From positions 1 through 52,328 of the IMG/VR virus record IMGVR_UViG_3300048902_000276: a DNA stretch of 52,328 bases; one strand, 5' to 3'. Origin of the DNA: a virus. Taxonomy: Duplodnaviria; Caudoviricetes. Shown piece after piece: positions 35,027 through 47,053 of this stretch (position 1 is the first letter of the stretch; the number at the start of each line of letters is the position of its first letter). The position numbers and the translations under genes were made by a program. The notes beneath the pieces are model-generated. The model was not told the DNA's origin. It saw nothing but the letters and a program-made list of their open reading frames with translations, and searched no databases.

Positions 35027-36783
35027 TCACGACGGGCTCCAACATCATCGATTCGTTCTTCGTCGCCCTCGGCTTCCAGGTCGACACGTCCGGCCTGGAC
35101 GAGATGGCGCACAAGAGCGCCACGGCGAAGACGTCGATGCTGTCGTGGGCGAACGCCCTGAAGGTGGCGCTCGGCGGCGCCGTCTTGAAGGGCATCGCGC
35201 ACGTCAACAGCGCCCTCGAGCAGAATCGGATCGCGATCGGCGGCATGCTGAACGCGCTCGGTGTCGACCAGGGCTTCCAGGCTGGGCTCCAGGACGCCGA
35301 CGACATCATCCAGCAGATCACGCGGGACGCGGCGAAGCTGCCCGGCACGGCCGAGGACTACATCGAGGTCTTCAAGCGCGGCCTGCCGTTCGTGCAGGAG
35401 GCGATGGGTAAGGGCGCGACGGCGCGCGACATCGCCAACTTCACGAACCGGCTGAGCGCGATCTTCGTCCCGGAGCTTGGCGCCGGCGTCGTCGGCGGCG
35501 AGCTGGACATGATCCTGGCCAAGGAGGGGCGCGCGTCGAAGCGGCTGCCGCTGTTCATGCGGCTCTCGACGATCATGTCGACCCTACCCGGGCAGGCGAA
35601 TCTGACGGCGCAGTCTTTCAACGCGATGTCGCAGCACGCGCGCTTCGAGCTGATGGTCAAGGCGCTGGCCAAGATGCAGCCGATGCTCGACGCGCAGACG
35701 GAGACGTGGGAGGCGGTCGCCGGCGCCGTCGAGTCCACGCTCAAGATGCTCGTGCGCCTCGGCTCCTCGAGCCTGTTCGCCGGCATGAAGCAGGGGCTCC
35801 AGGCGATCAACGACTTCTTCTACAAGGACTCGGGCGAGCTGACGCTGAAGGGCCAGCTCTTCGTGTTCTACATGCGGCAGCTCGGCGACATCTTGGTCAA
35901 GATCGGCCACGACGGGCTCGTCCTGGTGAAGTGGTTCATCGATGTGCAGGAGTCTTCGCGTCTCGCCAACGTCGCGCTCGCGGCGTTCGTCGTCGGCGTG
36001 ATGGGCCTGGAGAAGGCGCTGCGCTTCGGGATGATCGGCGTCTTCGCGCTCGCGATCGACGACCTCATCAAGTTCGCCGAGGGGGGCAACTCGGTCACGG
36101 GCCTCATCGTGAACAAGTGGCACCCGGCGCTCTACCTGATCATCGGCGCTGTCGGCCTGCTCGGTGCGAAGATTTTCGGGCTGATGCCCCTGCTCAACAC
36201 GACAGGGATGATCATCGGAACGCTCGCCGGTAAGTTCGGCATTCTTATCGGCCAGATCGTGGCGACCACGGTGCGGCTCGGTCTGATGGCGGCGGCATGG
36301 ATCGCGGCGAACCTTCCGATCGTCGCGACGGTCGCTGCGCTCGCCTTGGTCGGCGTCGCGCTCTACGAGCTGTACACGCACTGGGACCAGGTTATCGCCA
36401 AGATGAAAGAGCTGTGGGCGGGCTTCGTCGAGACGATCAAGAGCGCCCCCCACGACATCAAGGTCGCGCTCGGATTCGGTTCGGACTCTGACACTGCAGC
36501 GCTCGCGCAGAAGCAGGCCGCGTATGGGCGCGGTGACGCGTCGTACTCGGGCGCGGGCGGCGACGTCATCTGGCGCAATCCCATCACGGGGCTCGAGGAG
36601 ACGCACGCGCCGGGGTGGACGCCGCCCGCGGCCGGCGGCGGCGTCGACCAGTCGCGCACGACCAGCACGACGATCACGAGCCACGTCGGCACGGTCAACA
36701 TCGTCACGAACGATCCGGCGAAGATGGCCGAGGAGTACCAGCGCAAGGTCATCCGGAACGGCCAGGGGAGCCTGCACCTGTAA
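35023..36783 (+). CDS. Tape measure protein
   Basis: IIDSFFVALGFQVD N-terminus, helical and hydrophobic segments, LYTHWDQV; synteny. Confidence 0.85.
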   Translation: MITTGSNIIDSFFVALGFQVDTSGLDEMAHKSATAKTSMLSWANALKVALGGAVLKGIAHVNSALEQNRIAIGGMLNALGVDQGFQAGLQDADDIIQQITRDAAKLPGTAEDYIEVFKRGLPFVQEAMGKGATARDIANFTNRLSAIFVPELGAGVVGGELDMILAKEGRASKRLPLFMRLSTIMSTLPGQANLTAQSFNAMSQHARFELMVKALAKMQPMLDAQTETWEAVAGAVESTLKMLVRLGSSSLFAGMKQGLQAINDFFYKDSGELTLKGQLFVFYMRQLGDILVKIGHDGLVLVKWFIDVQESSRLANVALAAFVVGVMGLEKALRFGMIGVFALAIDDLIKFAEGGNSVTGLIVNKWHPALYLIIGAVGLLGAKIFGLMPLLNTTGMIIGTLAGKFGILIGQIVATTVRLGLMAAAWIAANLPIVATVAALALVGVALYELYTHWDQVIAKMKELWAGFVETIKSAPHDIKVALGFGSDSDTAALAQKQAAYGRGDASYSGAGGDVIWRNPITGLEETHAPGWTPPAAGGGVDQSRTTSTTITSHVGTVNIVTNDPAKMAEEYQRKVIRNGQGSLHL

Positions 36784-37455
36784 ATGGGCGCGGACGTCGC
36801 AAGAGCTTGGATCTTCGGCGGTGGGCAGACGCCCTTCACCTTCGACGCGGTCTTCACGGAGCGGCACACGCGGCGGCTGACGATCACGCGCAACCCCCTC
36901 GAGATCGGCAACGTGGTGACCGACCACTCCTTCATGGAGCCGGCCGAGCTCCAAATCGAGGCGGGCGTGGGCGACTTCTCGCTCCGCGCGAAGGATGCGA
37001 ACGGCAACCCGAGGACGGACGTCTTCACGGCGGCGGCCCGAGCGCGCTCGGAGGTGGCCTGGGCGATGCTCAAGAACCTCCAGGCGAGCGCGGAGCCGTT
37101 CACCGTGGACACGGGCATCGACCGCTACGACAACATGCTCGTCGCTGAGCTGAGCGCGCTCCAGGACGCGCCAAGCGCGAACGGGCTGATGTTCACGGCC
37201 CTCCTGCAGGAGTCGCTCTTCGTCTCGACGTCCACGGTGGACTACCCGCCGCGCGCGCCTGGCAAGCCATCCCGGCAGGCGGCGAAGAAGACGACGGCTG
37301 GCGAGAAGCAGGCCACGACGCCCGACAGCGCGGCGAAGCAGGACTCCATCCTGTTCTCGTTCATCCCGAAGGACAGCCCCGCCGGCGTCGCCATCGGCGA
37401 CGTCAACCCTGATTCGAGCCCGGCGCTGAAGCGCCTGCTGGGCCCGGGGTCATAG
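36784..37455 (+). CDS. Baseplate/tube initiator (Dit-like)
   Basis: FDAVFTE.H...IT.NPLE.G.VVTDH...PF.V.TG...YDNML. Confidence 0.75.
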   Translation: MGADVARAWIFGGGQTPFTFDAVFTERHTRRLTITRNPLEIGNVVTDHSFMEPAELQIEAGVGDFSLRAKDANGNPRTDVFTAAARARSEVAWAMLKNLQASAEPFTVDTGIDRYDNMLVAELSALQDAPSANGLMFTALLQESLFVSTSTVDYPPRAPGKPSRQAAKKTTAGEKQATTPDSAAKQDSILFSFIPKDSPAGVAIGDVNPDSSPALKRLLGPGS

Positions 37456-37458
37456 GCC

Positions 37459-38345
<887 letters not shown>

Positions 38346-38349
<4 letters not shown>

Positions 38350-39287
38350 CGGCGTCGACGCGTCAGTACCTCCGGAAATGCCAGGTCGTGATCGGCGACG
38401 CGACGACGGGCAAGAACGCGCTCGTGGTCGAGGACCTCCGCGTCACGTTCGAGGTGACGAAGACGATCGGGGCGGCCCCCAACACGGCCGTGGTCCGGAT
38501 CTTCAACCTGAACCCCGACAACGAGGGGCGCGTCAAGGGTGAGTTCAACGAGATCTTCGTGAACGCCGGCTACCAGGGCCAGCAGCTCGTGATCTTCCGC
38601 GGCAACATCGTGGACGCGCGCCGCATCCACGAAGGCACGGACTACGTCATGGAGGTCCAGGCGGCCGACGGGGACCGCGACCAGCGAAAGACGATCATCA
38701 ACGTCACCCTCGAGAAGGGGACCTCGACGCAGGACCTGATCAACCACATCACGGGGAAGTTCACGACCACGAAGCAGGGGCACCTCGCCATCAAGAACAC
38801 GACGCGCGGCCGCGGCGAGGTCTTTTCGGGCCCGGCGACGCAGATCCTCGGGAACGTAGCGCTGGAGAGCGACGCGCACTGGTCTATCCAGGACGGCTTC
38901 CTCGAGATCGTCCCGGTCGACTCGACGCTACCGACGGAGGCGATCGTCCTGCGTTCGGACACGGGCCTGCTCAAGGCGCCGGAGCTGAATGACAAGGGCG
39001 TGCGCGCGCTGACGCTGCTCAACCCCCGCATCAGGGTCAACGGCAAGGTCCTGATCGACAACAACGATCTCAAGGCGAAGGTCTTCAAACAGCGCGACCG
39101 GAAGCCAGGGGCGAAGAAGCGGAAGGCGACGGTCAAGCGGCTCGCCAGGCTGGACCCCGACGGGGTGTACAAGGTCTACAAGGTCATCCACCGCGGCGAC
39201 ACGCGCGGCAACGGCGTGGACTGGACGACGGAGGTCCACTGCATCGCGCTGGGCAAACCGATCCCGAAGGGAGCGCAGGCGGCGTGA
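38346..39287 (+). CDS. Baseplate hub
   Basis: RQYLRK...LRVTFEV.K...PNTA..RIFNL...AGY...WSIQDG...TGL...LLNP...GDTRG..W. Confidence 0.8.
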
Positions 39288-40027
39288 ACGGCGAGCTTGC
39301 CCTGCAACTTCAGCGCGACGAGCAGCAGGAGGCGCGGCCCGAGGTGGCGGCGCGCGCGGCCGCAATGGCGCTCATCAAGGAGGTCCACACGTGCTTGCCA
39401 GGCCGGATCGAGAGCTTCGACTCGGCGACATGCACGGTGCGCGCGACGCCGCTCATCCAGCGCATCTTCGTCGGCTTCGACACGCCTTTCACGATCCCGG
39501 TCTGCGTGGATGTGCCGCTACTGGTCAACGGCGGCGGCGGCATCCGACTGACGTTCCCGGTCGCACAGGGGGACGAATGCCTGCTCCACTTCAGCGAGCG
39601 GGCGATCAACTTCTGGCACGAGCACGGCGGCGAGCAGCTCCCGTCGAACTACCGGACGCACAGCTACTCGGACGCGTTCGCTGAGGTTGGACCCTTCTCG
39701 CTGCCCAACGTTCTCAGCCCCGCCATCTCGACGGACGCGGCCGAGCTCCGGACGGCTGACGGGGCGACGAAGATCGCCCTGAAGAGTGGCGAGATCGACG
39801 TTCAGGCCGACGCCGTGGTTTTGAACGGAGGCAGCGCTGGAGTGGCCCGCACAGGCGACGCGGTGAAGCTGACGATGCTACCGGCGGACGTCCTGAACCT
39901 CGCGACGGCGCTGCTGGCCACGGGACAGTTCACGCCGACGGGGAGTAGTCCGACGCCGCCGCCGCCGGTCGAATTCGACCAGGGCGAGATCACGGGCGGC
40001 TCTGGCAGCGTAAAGGCGGGTGACTGA
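39284..40027 (+). CDS. Baseplate spike (Gp138-like)
   Basis: HTCLPGRI.SFD...DVP...GGG...TFPV..GDECLLHFSER.I..W. Confidence 0.85.
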   Translation: MNGELALQLQRDEQQEARPEVAARAAAMALIKEVHTCLPGRIESFDSATCTVRATPLIQRIFVGFDTPFTIPVCVDVPLLVNGGGGIRLTFPVAQGDECLLHFSERAINFWHEHGGEQLPSNYRTHSYSDAFAEVGPFSLPNVLSPAISTDAAELRTADGATKIALKSGEIDVQADAVVLNGGSAGVARTGDAVKLTMLPADVLNLATALLATGQFTPTGSSPTPPPPVEFDQGEITGGSGSVKAGD

Positions 40028-40413
40028 TGGCGACGCCAACGGTGCGACGGCTCGTGAACGGCGACATGACCTTCGGGCGGGGCATGCGCAATATCGCGAC
40101 GGGCGCTGAGTCGACGATGCAGCGCACGAAGTGCTACCTGCTCGGCGTTCTGGGGGAGTGGTTCCTCGACCAGGCACGGTTCATCCCCTGGTTCCAGCCG
40201 GAGACGTCGGAGATCCAGCCGATAATGGGCGTCCCTACGGATCTCCGATACTCTGAGGGGGTGATCAGAGCAGGAGTCCTCGCGGTCGACGGAATCGCGT
40301 CCATCACGTCGTTCGCGATGACGCGCGACCCTGAGACGCGCGGGGCCCAGGTAACGATCGGCTTCATCACTGACGACGGCGACGCCGACACCATCGAGGT
40401 CCTGTTCTCATGA
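40027..40413 (+). CDS. Baseplate wedge (gp25-like)
   Basis: VRRL..GDMTFG.G...GEWFLD....PW. Confidence 0.75.
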   Translation: MATPTVRRLVNGDMTFGRGMRNIATGAESTMQRTKCYLLGVLGEWFLDQARFIPWFQPETSEIQPIMGVPTDLRYSEGVIRAGVLAVDGIASITSFAMTRDPETRGAQVTIGFITDDGDADTIEVLFS

Positions 40414-41582
40414 GCACACCGGCCTTTATCGACGACAACGGCTTCCATCGCCCGCGGCTCGACCAGATCATCGCGGACTTTGAGGCCGACTGGCAGGGCA
40501 TCTTCGGGACGGACATCGACCTTTCTCCCGAGTCGCCCGACGGTCAGATCGTCGGAATAATCTCGGAGCGCATCGACGACATCTTCCAGCTCATCGAGGC
40601 GACGTTCAACGCGCGCTCGCCCGCCGGCGCCAGCGGCGCGCAGCTCGCGCGGCTCGCGGCGCTGACGGGCTGCCTGAAGAAGGGCGAGCAGTTTTCGACG
40701 GCGCCGATCACGCTGACGGGCACGCCGGGCACGGTGGTGCCGGCGGGATCGCTCATCGCGAACCAGGACGACAACACGGCCGTGTTCCAGACAACGAGCA
40801 ACCTGACCATCGGCGGTGGCGGCACGATCTCGGGAACGGTGCGCGCGACGGTGACGGGCCCGGTGCAGGGTCCGGCCAACAAGATCACGGTCATCAAGAC
40901 CCGGGTGAACGGGTGGACGGCGGCAACGAACCCGTCGGACGCGAGCCTCGGCCGCCTCGGCGAGACCGATCCGGAGCTGCGCGTGCGGCGTGCTGAGTCG
41001 GTGGCGATCCCATCGCAGGGCATCGTCGATTCGATCGCGTCGGAACTCGGCCAGGTTGCGGACGTGACGGACCGCCGCGTCTACGAGAACTTCACGGGCG
41101 CGCCGATCGCCATGCATGGCGGCGGGACGCTCGCGCCGCACGCGATCCAGGCTGTCGTCGATGGCGGTGATGCGACCGATATCGCGAACGCCATCTGGCG
41201 CACAAAGAGCGGCGGCTGCGACCTCGTGGGCGCGCAGACGGTCACGATCACGGACACGCAGGGGCTCACCCACGGCATCCACTTCGACCGCCCGACGGAC
41301 GTCACGGTCTACGTGGTGGTCAACATTTCGGGACCGATCAGCACGGCGACTGGCAACGCGATTGCTGCCGCGATCGTAGCCTTCGGACAGGACCGCTTCC
41401 GGATCGGTCAGGACGTGATCTGGTCGCAGCTCTTCATCCCGATCAACGAGGTGGGCGACTTCAACGTCCTCTCGATGTTCCTGGGCTCTTCGCCGTCGCC
41501 GTCGTCGACGACGAACCTGACGATCGGGTTCGCGAGCCGATCGCGGTGGGACGTCGCACGCATCACGGTGGCGGGGACATAG
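40410..41582 (+). CDS. Baseplate J-like protein
   Basis: SPDGQ, GT.GTVVPAG, ETDPELRVRR, VYEN.T, PHAI..VVDGG. Confidence 0.9.
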   Translation: MSTPAFIDDNGFHRPRLDQIIADFEADWQGIFGTDIDLSPESPDGQIVGIISERIDDIFQLIEATFNARSPAGASGAQLARLAALTGCLKKGEQFSTAPITLTGTPGTVVPAGSLIANQDDNTAVFQTTSNLTIGGGGTISGTVRATVTGPVQGPANKITVIKTRVNGWTAATNPSDASLGRLGETDPELRVRRAESVAIPSQGIVDSIASELGQVADVTDRRVYENFTGAPIAMHGGGTLAPHAIQAVVDGGDATDIANAIWRTKSGGCDLVGAQTVTITDTQGLTHGIHFDRPTDVTVYVVVNISGPISTATGNAIAAAIVAFGQDRFRIGQDVIWSQLFIPINEVGDFNVLSMFLGSSPSPSSTTNLTIGFASRSRWDVARITVAGT

Positions 41583-41585
41583 GCC

Positions 41586-42194
41586 ATGCCGACCTCGACT
41601 TCACCGATCGCAGGGGCCGACGACCAGAAGGCCCTGGCCGCGAACCGCGTGCTCCTCCAGTACAAGGTCGCGGCGCCGAATCTCAACGCGTTCATCGCCA
41701 CCATCGCTGACCGATGCCAGGAGGCAGCGAACGCGCTGGTGACGACGCCGACGCTCGACGACCCCAGCATCGCCGCCGGCCACAACCTCGACGTGACGGC
41801 CGAGATCGTCGGGCAGGCACGCGAGCTCCTAAACGGCGACTTCGTGACGGACGCCCAGCTGCGGCTGCTGATCCAGGCCCGCATCGCGCGGAACACGTCG
41901 CACGCGACGGGCGAGGATCTGATCGCCGGCTTGGCCCTGATCTTCCCGGGGGCGCCCATTCGGTACTTCGACCTGGGCGGCATGACGATCAGCTACCTCA
42001 TCGGCGCAGTGCTCACGGCCGATGATGTTGCGGTGCTGAGCGGGGACATACTTCCCCGTCCGGCCGGCGTGGAGATCAATCCAAGAGCCTACTTCGACCC
42101 GGCTGCGTACTTCGGTTTCGCAGAGGACCCCAACGCCAAGGGGTTTGCGGATGACGTTGTTCGCGGGCCTGGCAAGCTCGCTGAGGGGTTCTGA
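41586..42194 (+). CDS. Baseplate wedge (DUF2612-like)
   Basis: LLQY...A.G.NLD...IVG..R...LI.ARI..N...LPRPAGV, YFGF. Confidence 0.75.
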   Translation: MPTSTSPIAGADDQKALAANRVLLQYKVAAPNLNAFIATIADRCQEAANALVTTPTLDDPSIAAGHNLDVTAEIVGQARELLNGDFVTDAQLRLLIQARIARNTSHATGEDLIAGLALIFPGAPIRYFDLGGMTISYLIGAVLTADDVAVLSGDILPRPAGVEINPRAYFDPAAYFGFAEDPNAKGFADDVVRGPGKLAEGF

Positions 42195-42197
42195 ACC

Positions 42198-43295
42198 ATG
42201 CCAGTCACGAAGCCTCCAGTTGCTAGACCCTGGGCCGACACCGGAAGCAAGACGGCCCCCAGCGACAGCCGGCGCAACACGGGATACGTCCTCAACGACA
42301 TGCCTGACCGCCCAGAGCTGAACTCGCTTCTGAACGAATGCACGGACGGCGTCCGCTACCTGATGGCGCGGGGCATCTCCGACTGGGACGCTGCTGAGAC
42401 GTACGTCGGCGGCGCCATCGTGCGCGACTCGGTCGACGGGTTCCTATACGTCCTCGAGTTCGCCAGCCCAACGGGCACCCGTCCGGGCCTCGACACGGCG
42501 CACTGGTCGCGCTACTTCGCCCGCATCCGTGCGCGGCCGGACCAGCATCAGGAGCCGATCGTCACGTGGATCAACGCTCGTGGCCTGCAGCGCTGGGGCC
42601 TCGGGCATAGAGGCTACCCGGCTGGACAGGTCTACCAGTGGAACGAGAACTGGGACCTTCCGTTTGCGGCGCAATTCGGATCAACGGCGCGATGGCTCGC
42701 GAACACGAACAGCGGCGCCATCGCGATCTTAGACCCTGGAAATATCGGGTTGCAGGCCCCTCTCTTCAGGACTGTCCGGTGTAACCCGCCTACTGGATCT
42801 GCCGGTCCGACGTTCATCGGGAAAAATGTCGCTGCGGAGCTGTTCACGAATGACGACATGGACGTGGAGATCGAGACCCCGGTGGCGATGGGCACTGTCG
42901 GCGCCAACAGGACGTTGGTCCAATTCGGCATCGGGGTCGGGTTCAATACGAGCCCCGGCGTCTTCTTCAGCAAGGGCCAAGGAGACACGAACTGGCAAAT
43001 CGTGTCCGCGAGCATCCCAACGACGATCGACACGGGCGTGCCGCCTGTCGCGAACACGTACCAGCGCCTGAAGATCGAACTCACTGGCGTCAATTGCGTG
43101 GACAGCGGAAACGCCAGGGTGAATTTCTATATCGATGGCGCACTTGTCGGCCACATCGACAACCCGATCCCGAACGGACAGAGCTTGATTCCGTTCTTCG
43201 GAGCTTCGACGCAGACGACAGGAGGGGCATCTGTGTTTACGTGCTGCGGTCCAATGCGGTACCGCAGCAACCTCTTCCCCGGCAACGTTTTCTAG
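42198..43295 (+). CDS. Tail fibre protein
   Basis: WA..G...N.LLN...YL..RGI..WD...Y..GAIV anchor; lectin-like C-terminus (VNFYIDGALVG). Confidence 0.75.
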   Translation: MPVTKPPVARPWADTGSKTAPSDSRRNTGYVLNDMPDRPELNSLLNECTDGVRYLMARGISDWDAAETYVGGAIVRDSVDGFLYVLEFASPTGTRPGLDTAHWSRYFARIRARPDQHQEPIVTWINARGLQRWGLGHRGYPAGQVYQWNENWDLPFAAQFGSTARWLANTNSGAIAILDPGNIGLQAPLFRTVRCNPPTGSAGPTFIGKNVAAELFTNDDMDVEIETPVAMGTVGANRTLVQFGIGVGFNTSPGVFFSKGQGDTNWQIVSASIPTTIDTGVPPVANTYQRLKIELTGVNCVDSGNARVNFYIDGALVGHIDNPIPNGQSLIPFFGASTQTTGGASVFTCCGPMRYRSNLFPGNVF

Positions 43296-43296
43296 G

Positions 43297-44691
43297 ATGC
43301 CCAACGCGCGCACAGTGCTCGAGGGGACCCTGGACGCGGCCAACAACCGCGTCGAAGGACTCCCCGTGGGACGGGATGGCGCGGACGCGCTGGCGGTGGG
43401 CCAGGCGCTGAACGCCACGCCGGTCTCGAACTGGTACCTCGACCCAAGCAACAGCAGTGGCGTGGCGTCGGACTCGAACGACGGTCTGTCGCCGACGACG
43501 CCATTGCTCAATCCGGAGGAGCACTGGATTCGCGTCGGTCCTTCGATCTTGAGCACGGCCCCCGTCGTACACGTGATGTCTGACATCCCGTCCGGCCGGC
43601 GCCTGATCATCGGGGGTAACGTCAGCTACGCCACTGGCGGCGGCTCTGTCAGCTACCAGGGGCCGATGGGTGCCGCACAGCAGCTCTTTGCTGGAACGTT
43701 CACGAGCGTGGGTGTACCGAATAAAACGTCCGGCACGGTATCTGGGCGCCCGGCGAACAGTTGGTGGGAGGTGACGGATACGTCGATCCCGGTCAGCTGG
43801 AGCACGGCTGGTCCTGGCGGGACGTCGCTGATCGGGAACTGGATCGTCATCCGCGACGGGATCGGCCAGGTGCGCGCCAGCGGCCCAGTCATCGCCGACC
43901 TCGGCAGCAAGACGGCCTTGCTGGGCGCGCTTGGAACGACCGGACTGACGAGGGCCAGCTACGTCAGCACCGACCCGGGGCAGATCGTGAATGGGTACAC
44001 GTACGTGGTGTACCGCCTCACGCAGGTGAACGCGGTGTACGAAGTCGTGGGCGCGTACGCCTCTGTCGACTTTTTCGGGCTGGACTTCGGAGCGCAAAAT
44101 TTCGACGGCTCATCGTCCAACTTCATCACGCGTTTCTGCTGCAAATGGCGCGGCCCCTACTCGAAGACCACAATCGGCACCGACCACCAGAGCTACATCG
44201 AGGGCACCGGCGGAACCATTCTGTACGGGCGGGCAAGCGATTTTACGCAGTTGACTCTGAAAGGAGGGTTCCTGTCAGTGGAGGCCTCAGGCGTTCCAAT
44301 GTCCGGAACGCCTGACGAGCCGGCGTCGCAGTCGAACATCATCTGCTACCAGTCGGCGGGCCTGATCTTCGAGTCGGGAACGACGTGCCGGATCGACGCT
44401 GATATCGGCATGCTGTCGTCGACGGGGCGGGCAATCTCGGTCGACAACAACACGCAGGTCCTCCACCGTGGGCTGCTCTGGGGTCGCGACAACATCGATC
44501 AGCTCTTCCACGTCGAGGACCCTGGTTGCTGGTGGTTCTACAACCCTGATACGCCGCCGATCATCACGACGTCTCTGTCGGCCTCTGTCGCGACAGCGAT
44601 CGGCACGAGGCTCCATGACTTGGCGCAGATCATATCCGACGGGGGCCAGGCATACTCACAGGGCATGGGCATCGTTCCAATGATGACGTAA
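43297..44691 (+). CDS. Tail fibre/spike-associated protein
   Basis: WYLDPSN.SG..SDSNDGLSP.TPL motif; beta-rich; in fibre region. Confidence 0.6.
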   Translation: MPNARTVLEGTLDAANNRVEGLPVGRDGADALAVGQALNATPVSNWYLDPSNSSGVASDSNDGLSPTTPLLNPEEHWIRVGPSILSTAPVVHVMSDIPSGRRLIIGGNVSYATGGGSVSYQGPMGAAQQLFAGTFTSVGVPNKTSGTVSGRPANSWWEVTDTSIPVSWSTAGPGGTSLIGNWIVIRDGIGQVRASGPVIADLGSKTALLGALGTTGLTRASYVSTDPGQIVNGYTYVVYRLTQVNAVYEVVGAYASVDFFGLDFGAQNFDGSSSNFITRFCCKWRGPYSKTTIGTDHQSYIEGTGGTILYGRASDFTQLTLKGGFLSVEASGVPMSGTPDEPASQSNIICYQSAGLIFESGTTCRIDADIGMLSSTGRAISVDNNTQVLHRGLLWGRDNIDQLFHVEDPGCWWFYNPDTPPIITTSLSASVATAIGTRLHDLAQIISDGGQAYSQGMGIVPMMT

Positions 44692-44695
44692 CAAG

Positions 44696-46717
44696 ATGTC
44701 TTACAACTTCACCACGAACGTAGACTTTGAGGGCCACCTGGCGAGAAACGCCGGGACGCCGCTGCTGGGAACCGACCTGGCAACGAAGGCGTACGTCGAC
44801 GCGGTGGTCACGGGCCTCCAGATCAAGGGCGCATGCGATGCGCTGTCCAGCACGAACATCGCCACGCTGAGCGGGCTGGCAACGACGGTCGACACGGTGG
44901 CGCTCAACACCGACGGCATGCGGGTATTGCTGATCGCGCAGACAAGCGCCATCAACAACGGTCCATGGCTAGTGCATAGCGGAGCCTGGACGCGCCCCGC
45001 GGACTTCGCTGCTGGCTCGCACGCTGCGGGCGCGTTCATGTTCGTCTCCGGCGGATCCACTTGGATCAACTCGAGTTGGGTGTGCAATTCGCCCGGTGGC
45101 TCGGACGTCGTCGGTACGAACACTCTGACGTTCACGGAGTTTGCGAACGCTGGTAACATCACCGCTGGCGCTGGCCTGCTGAAGACAGGCAACGTCATCG
45201 ACATCATCTGCTCCGACGGATCGATCTCGGTGGCAGCGGACAGCATCGCGGTCGGCGTGCTGGCCAACGATGCGCAGCACGGGAACCGCGGCGGCGGTGC
45301 CTTGCACGCCAACGCCACGACGAGCGTCGCAGGGTTCATGTCGTCCACCGACAAGACGACGATCAACACGGCGACGTTCATCACGCGGAGCACGACGGCC
45401 GCACCTGGTGCTGGATTCTCGCTGGCCGCACTCGGCGCCGGCCTTCTTCAGCAGACGGTTTCTGGAAGCGTGGCGACGCCGGCGGCTGTGTTCATTTCCG
45501 CCGGGCGAATACCGATCGGGACGTCCGCTGGCACTGTCATTACGACTGCTGACCTGGTGTATGACACCAGCGTAGACCAATTGCAGCTCGGCGGAGACCT
45601 GAGCGTCGCTGGGCAGAGCTCCACGAACATCATGCAGTTGATCTCCCTGTCAGGAGCTGGGCAGGGAATGGTCAAGGCAGACATCGGCGGATTTCTCGTC
45701 ACTGCCGGTGCCGGCACCGACTTCGAGGTGCCTCTGACGTTCAACACTGGCGTCACCCGCTCAGGCAACGTCGTTCAGAACGATGTCCTGACAGGCAAGC
45801 TCGGCAACCAGAGCTGGAAGGGCGGACTCGCTAACGGCGACTCACTCCAGATCGATGCCTCTTTCGGATCGAACGGCGGTCCCTTCACTATGCGGGCGTC
45901 GAAGCACATTTGGGCGATCGTGTCTCCTACCTCGAACATGACGGCCGGCACTGAGGAGATCGGGCACGATTTCCAGGCGCGCACGCGGACGTGGGCGGCC
46001 GGCGCGTTGACCACCCAGCGGGAGATCGTCTTCAAGCGACCGACCTACGCTTTCGCCAGCGCTTCGACGCTGACCAAGGCGACGACGGTCTCCATTACAG
46101 GGGCTCCTGCAGCTGGGCCCAACGCGACGATCACCAACGCATATGCCCTGGAGGTGGAGGCCGGCCCGGTCCGCTTCGCCAGCGATCTCACTGTAGGAAA
46201 CTTCCTCACGGTGAACCAAATTTCGACGCTGACAGGGCACGTGGACATGAATGGCGGTGGCAGCGTCAACGGCGCGGGCAACGGTTTCTTCGTGAATGGG
46301 ACGGGCGGCGGTGTGACGTTCGCGGTGACGAACAGTGGCGACTGCGATCTCCAACACGACGTCAGCGTCGGGCGAAACCTATCCGTGACCGGGACGATCA
46401 CGGCTACCGGGAGCGCGACGCTCAACGCCGGCGGCAACGTCTTCCATCAGCTGACGGTGAACGCGTTCGGAGACCCATGGGCAATCGATGCCCTGGGCGA
46501 CGTTCGCGTCCGGACAGACTTCATGGTGCAGGACACGACCTTCGGGACGGCGTTCGAGGCGAAGGTGACAGGCGCCGGAGTGAAGCAGCTCGCTTTCTAT
46601 GGCGCGACGCCGTCCGCGAAATTGACGGTCAGCGGATCGCGTGGCGGCAACGCCGCGTTGTTGAGCCTCGTAACGGCGCTGAACACCCTGGGCCTCATCA
46701 ACGACACGACGACCTGA
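44696..46717 (+). CDS. Long fibre-like virion protein
   Basis: DLATKAYVD...TNI.TLSG...RVLL.AQT...NG...GAWTR..D; Gly/Thr-rich. Confidence 0.7.
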   Translation: MSYNFTTNVDFEGHLARNAGTPLLGTDLATKAYVDAVVTGLQIKGACDALSSTNIATLSGLATTVDTVALNTDGMRVLLIAQTSAINNGPWLVHSGAWTRPADFAAGSHAAGAFMFVSGGSTWINSSWVCNSPGGSDVVGTNTLTFTEFANAGNITAGAGLLKTGNVIDIICSDGSISVAADSIAVGVLANDAQHGNRGGGALHANATTSVAGFMSSTDKTTINTATFITRSTTAAPGAGFSLAALGAGLLQQTVSGSVATPAAVFISAGRIPIGTSAGTVITTADLVYDTSVDQLQLGGDLSVAGQSSTNIMQLISLSGAGQGMVKADIGGFLVTAGAGTDFEVPLTFNTGVTRSGNVVQNDVLTGKLGNQSWKGGLANGDSLQIDASFGSNGGPFTMRASKHIWAIVSPTSNMTAGTEEIGHDFQARTRTWAAGALTTQREIVFKRPTYAFASASTLTKATTVSITGAPAAGPNATITNAYALEVEAGPVRFASDLTVGNFLTVNQISTLTGHVDMNGGGSVNGAGNGFFVNGTGGGVTFAVTNSGDCDLQHDVSVGRNLSVTGTITATGSATLNAGGNVFHQLTVNAFGDPWAIDALGDVRVRTDFMVQDTTFGTAFEAKVTGAGVKQLAFYGATPSAKLTVSGSRGGNAALLSLVTALNTLGLINDTTT

Positions 46718-46729
46718 TAGGATCGTCCA

Positions 46730-47053
46730 ATGCGCAGAGCGAAGCACCCAAAGAAGAAGTCAGGCCTCTCGCCAGGAGAGTCGCCGGACGCCGTTAACGC
46801 GTCGACGGCGGCCCGGAACAGGCTGCTCAACCTGCAGATACAGGTCGGGTTCCGGAAGAAGATTCCGGTAGTTGCTCTTCTCACGACGGAGGGCCTGAAT
46901 CGAGTCGTTGATGCCTTGGCCGGAGAGATTCGCGGCTACTTCGTCTCGCTGGTGATGGAGGCGTCGGCGCGGAGCTGGCCTGAGATCATCAAAGACCTTG
47001 AAGCAGTGGCGGCGACAGCAGATGGCAAGACGTCACAGTCGGGAGGGCCATGA
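46730..47053 (+). CDS. Hypothetical protein
   Basis: ORF coupled to next gene by ATGA. Confidence 0.5.
   Translation: MRRAKHPKKKSGLSPGESPDAVNASTAARNRLLNLQIQVGFRKKIPVVALLTTEGLNRVVDALAGEIRGYFVSLVMEASARSWPEIIKDLEAVAATADGKTSQSGGP

Noticed and set aside
13955-36954. Long minus-strand ORFs (13955-15337, 18891-20480, 27281-29059, 28944-30221, 35584-36954)
   Set aside because: Mirror frames of well-supported + strand genes.
42198-46717. Diversity-generating retroelement or invertase acting on fibres
   Set aside because: No reverse transcriptase, recombinase or template/variable repeat pair seen.
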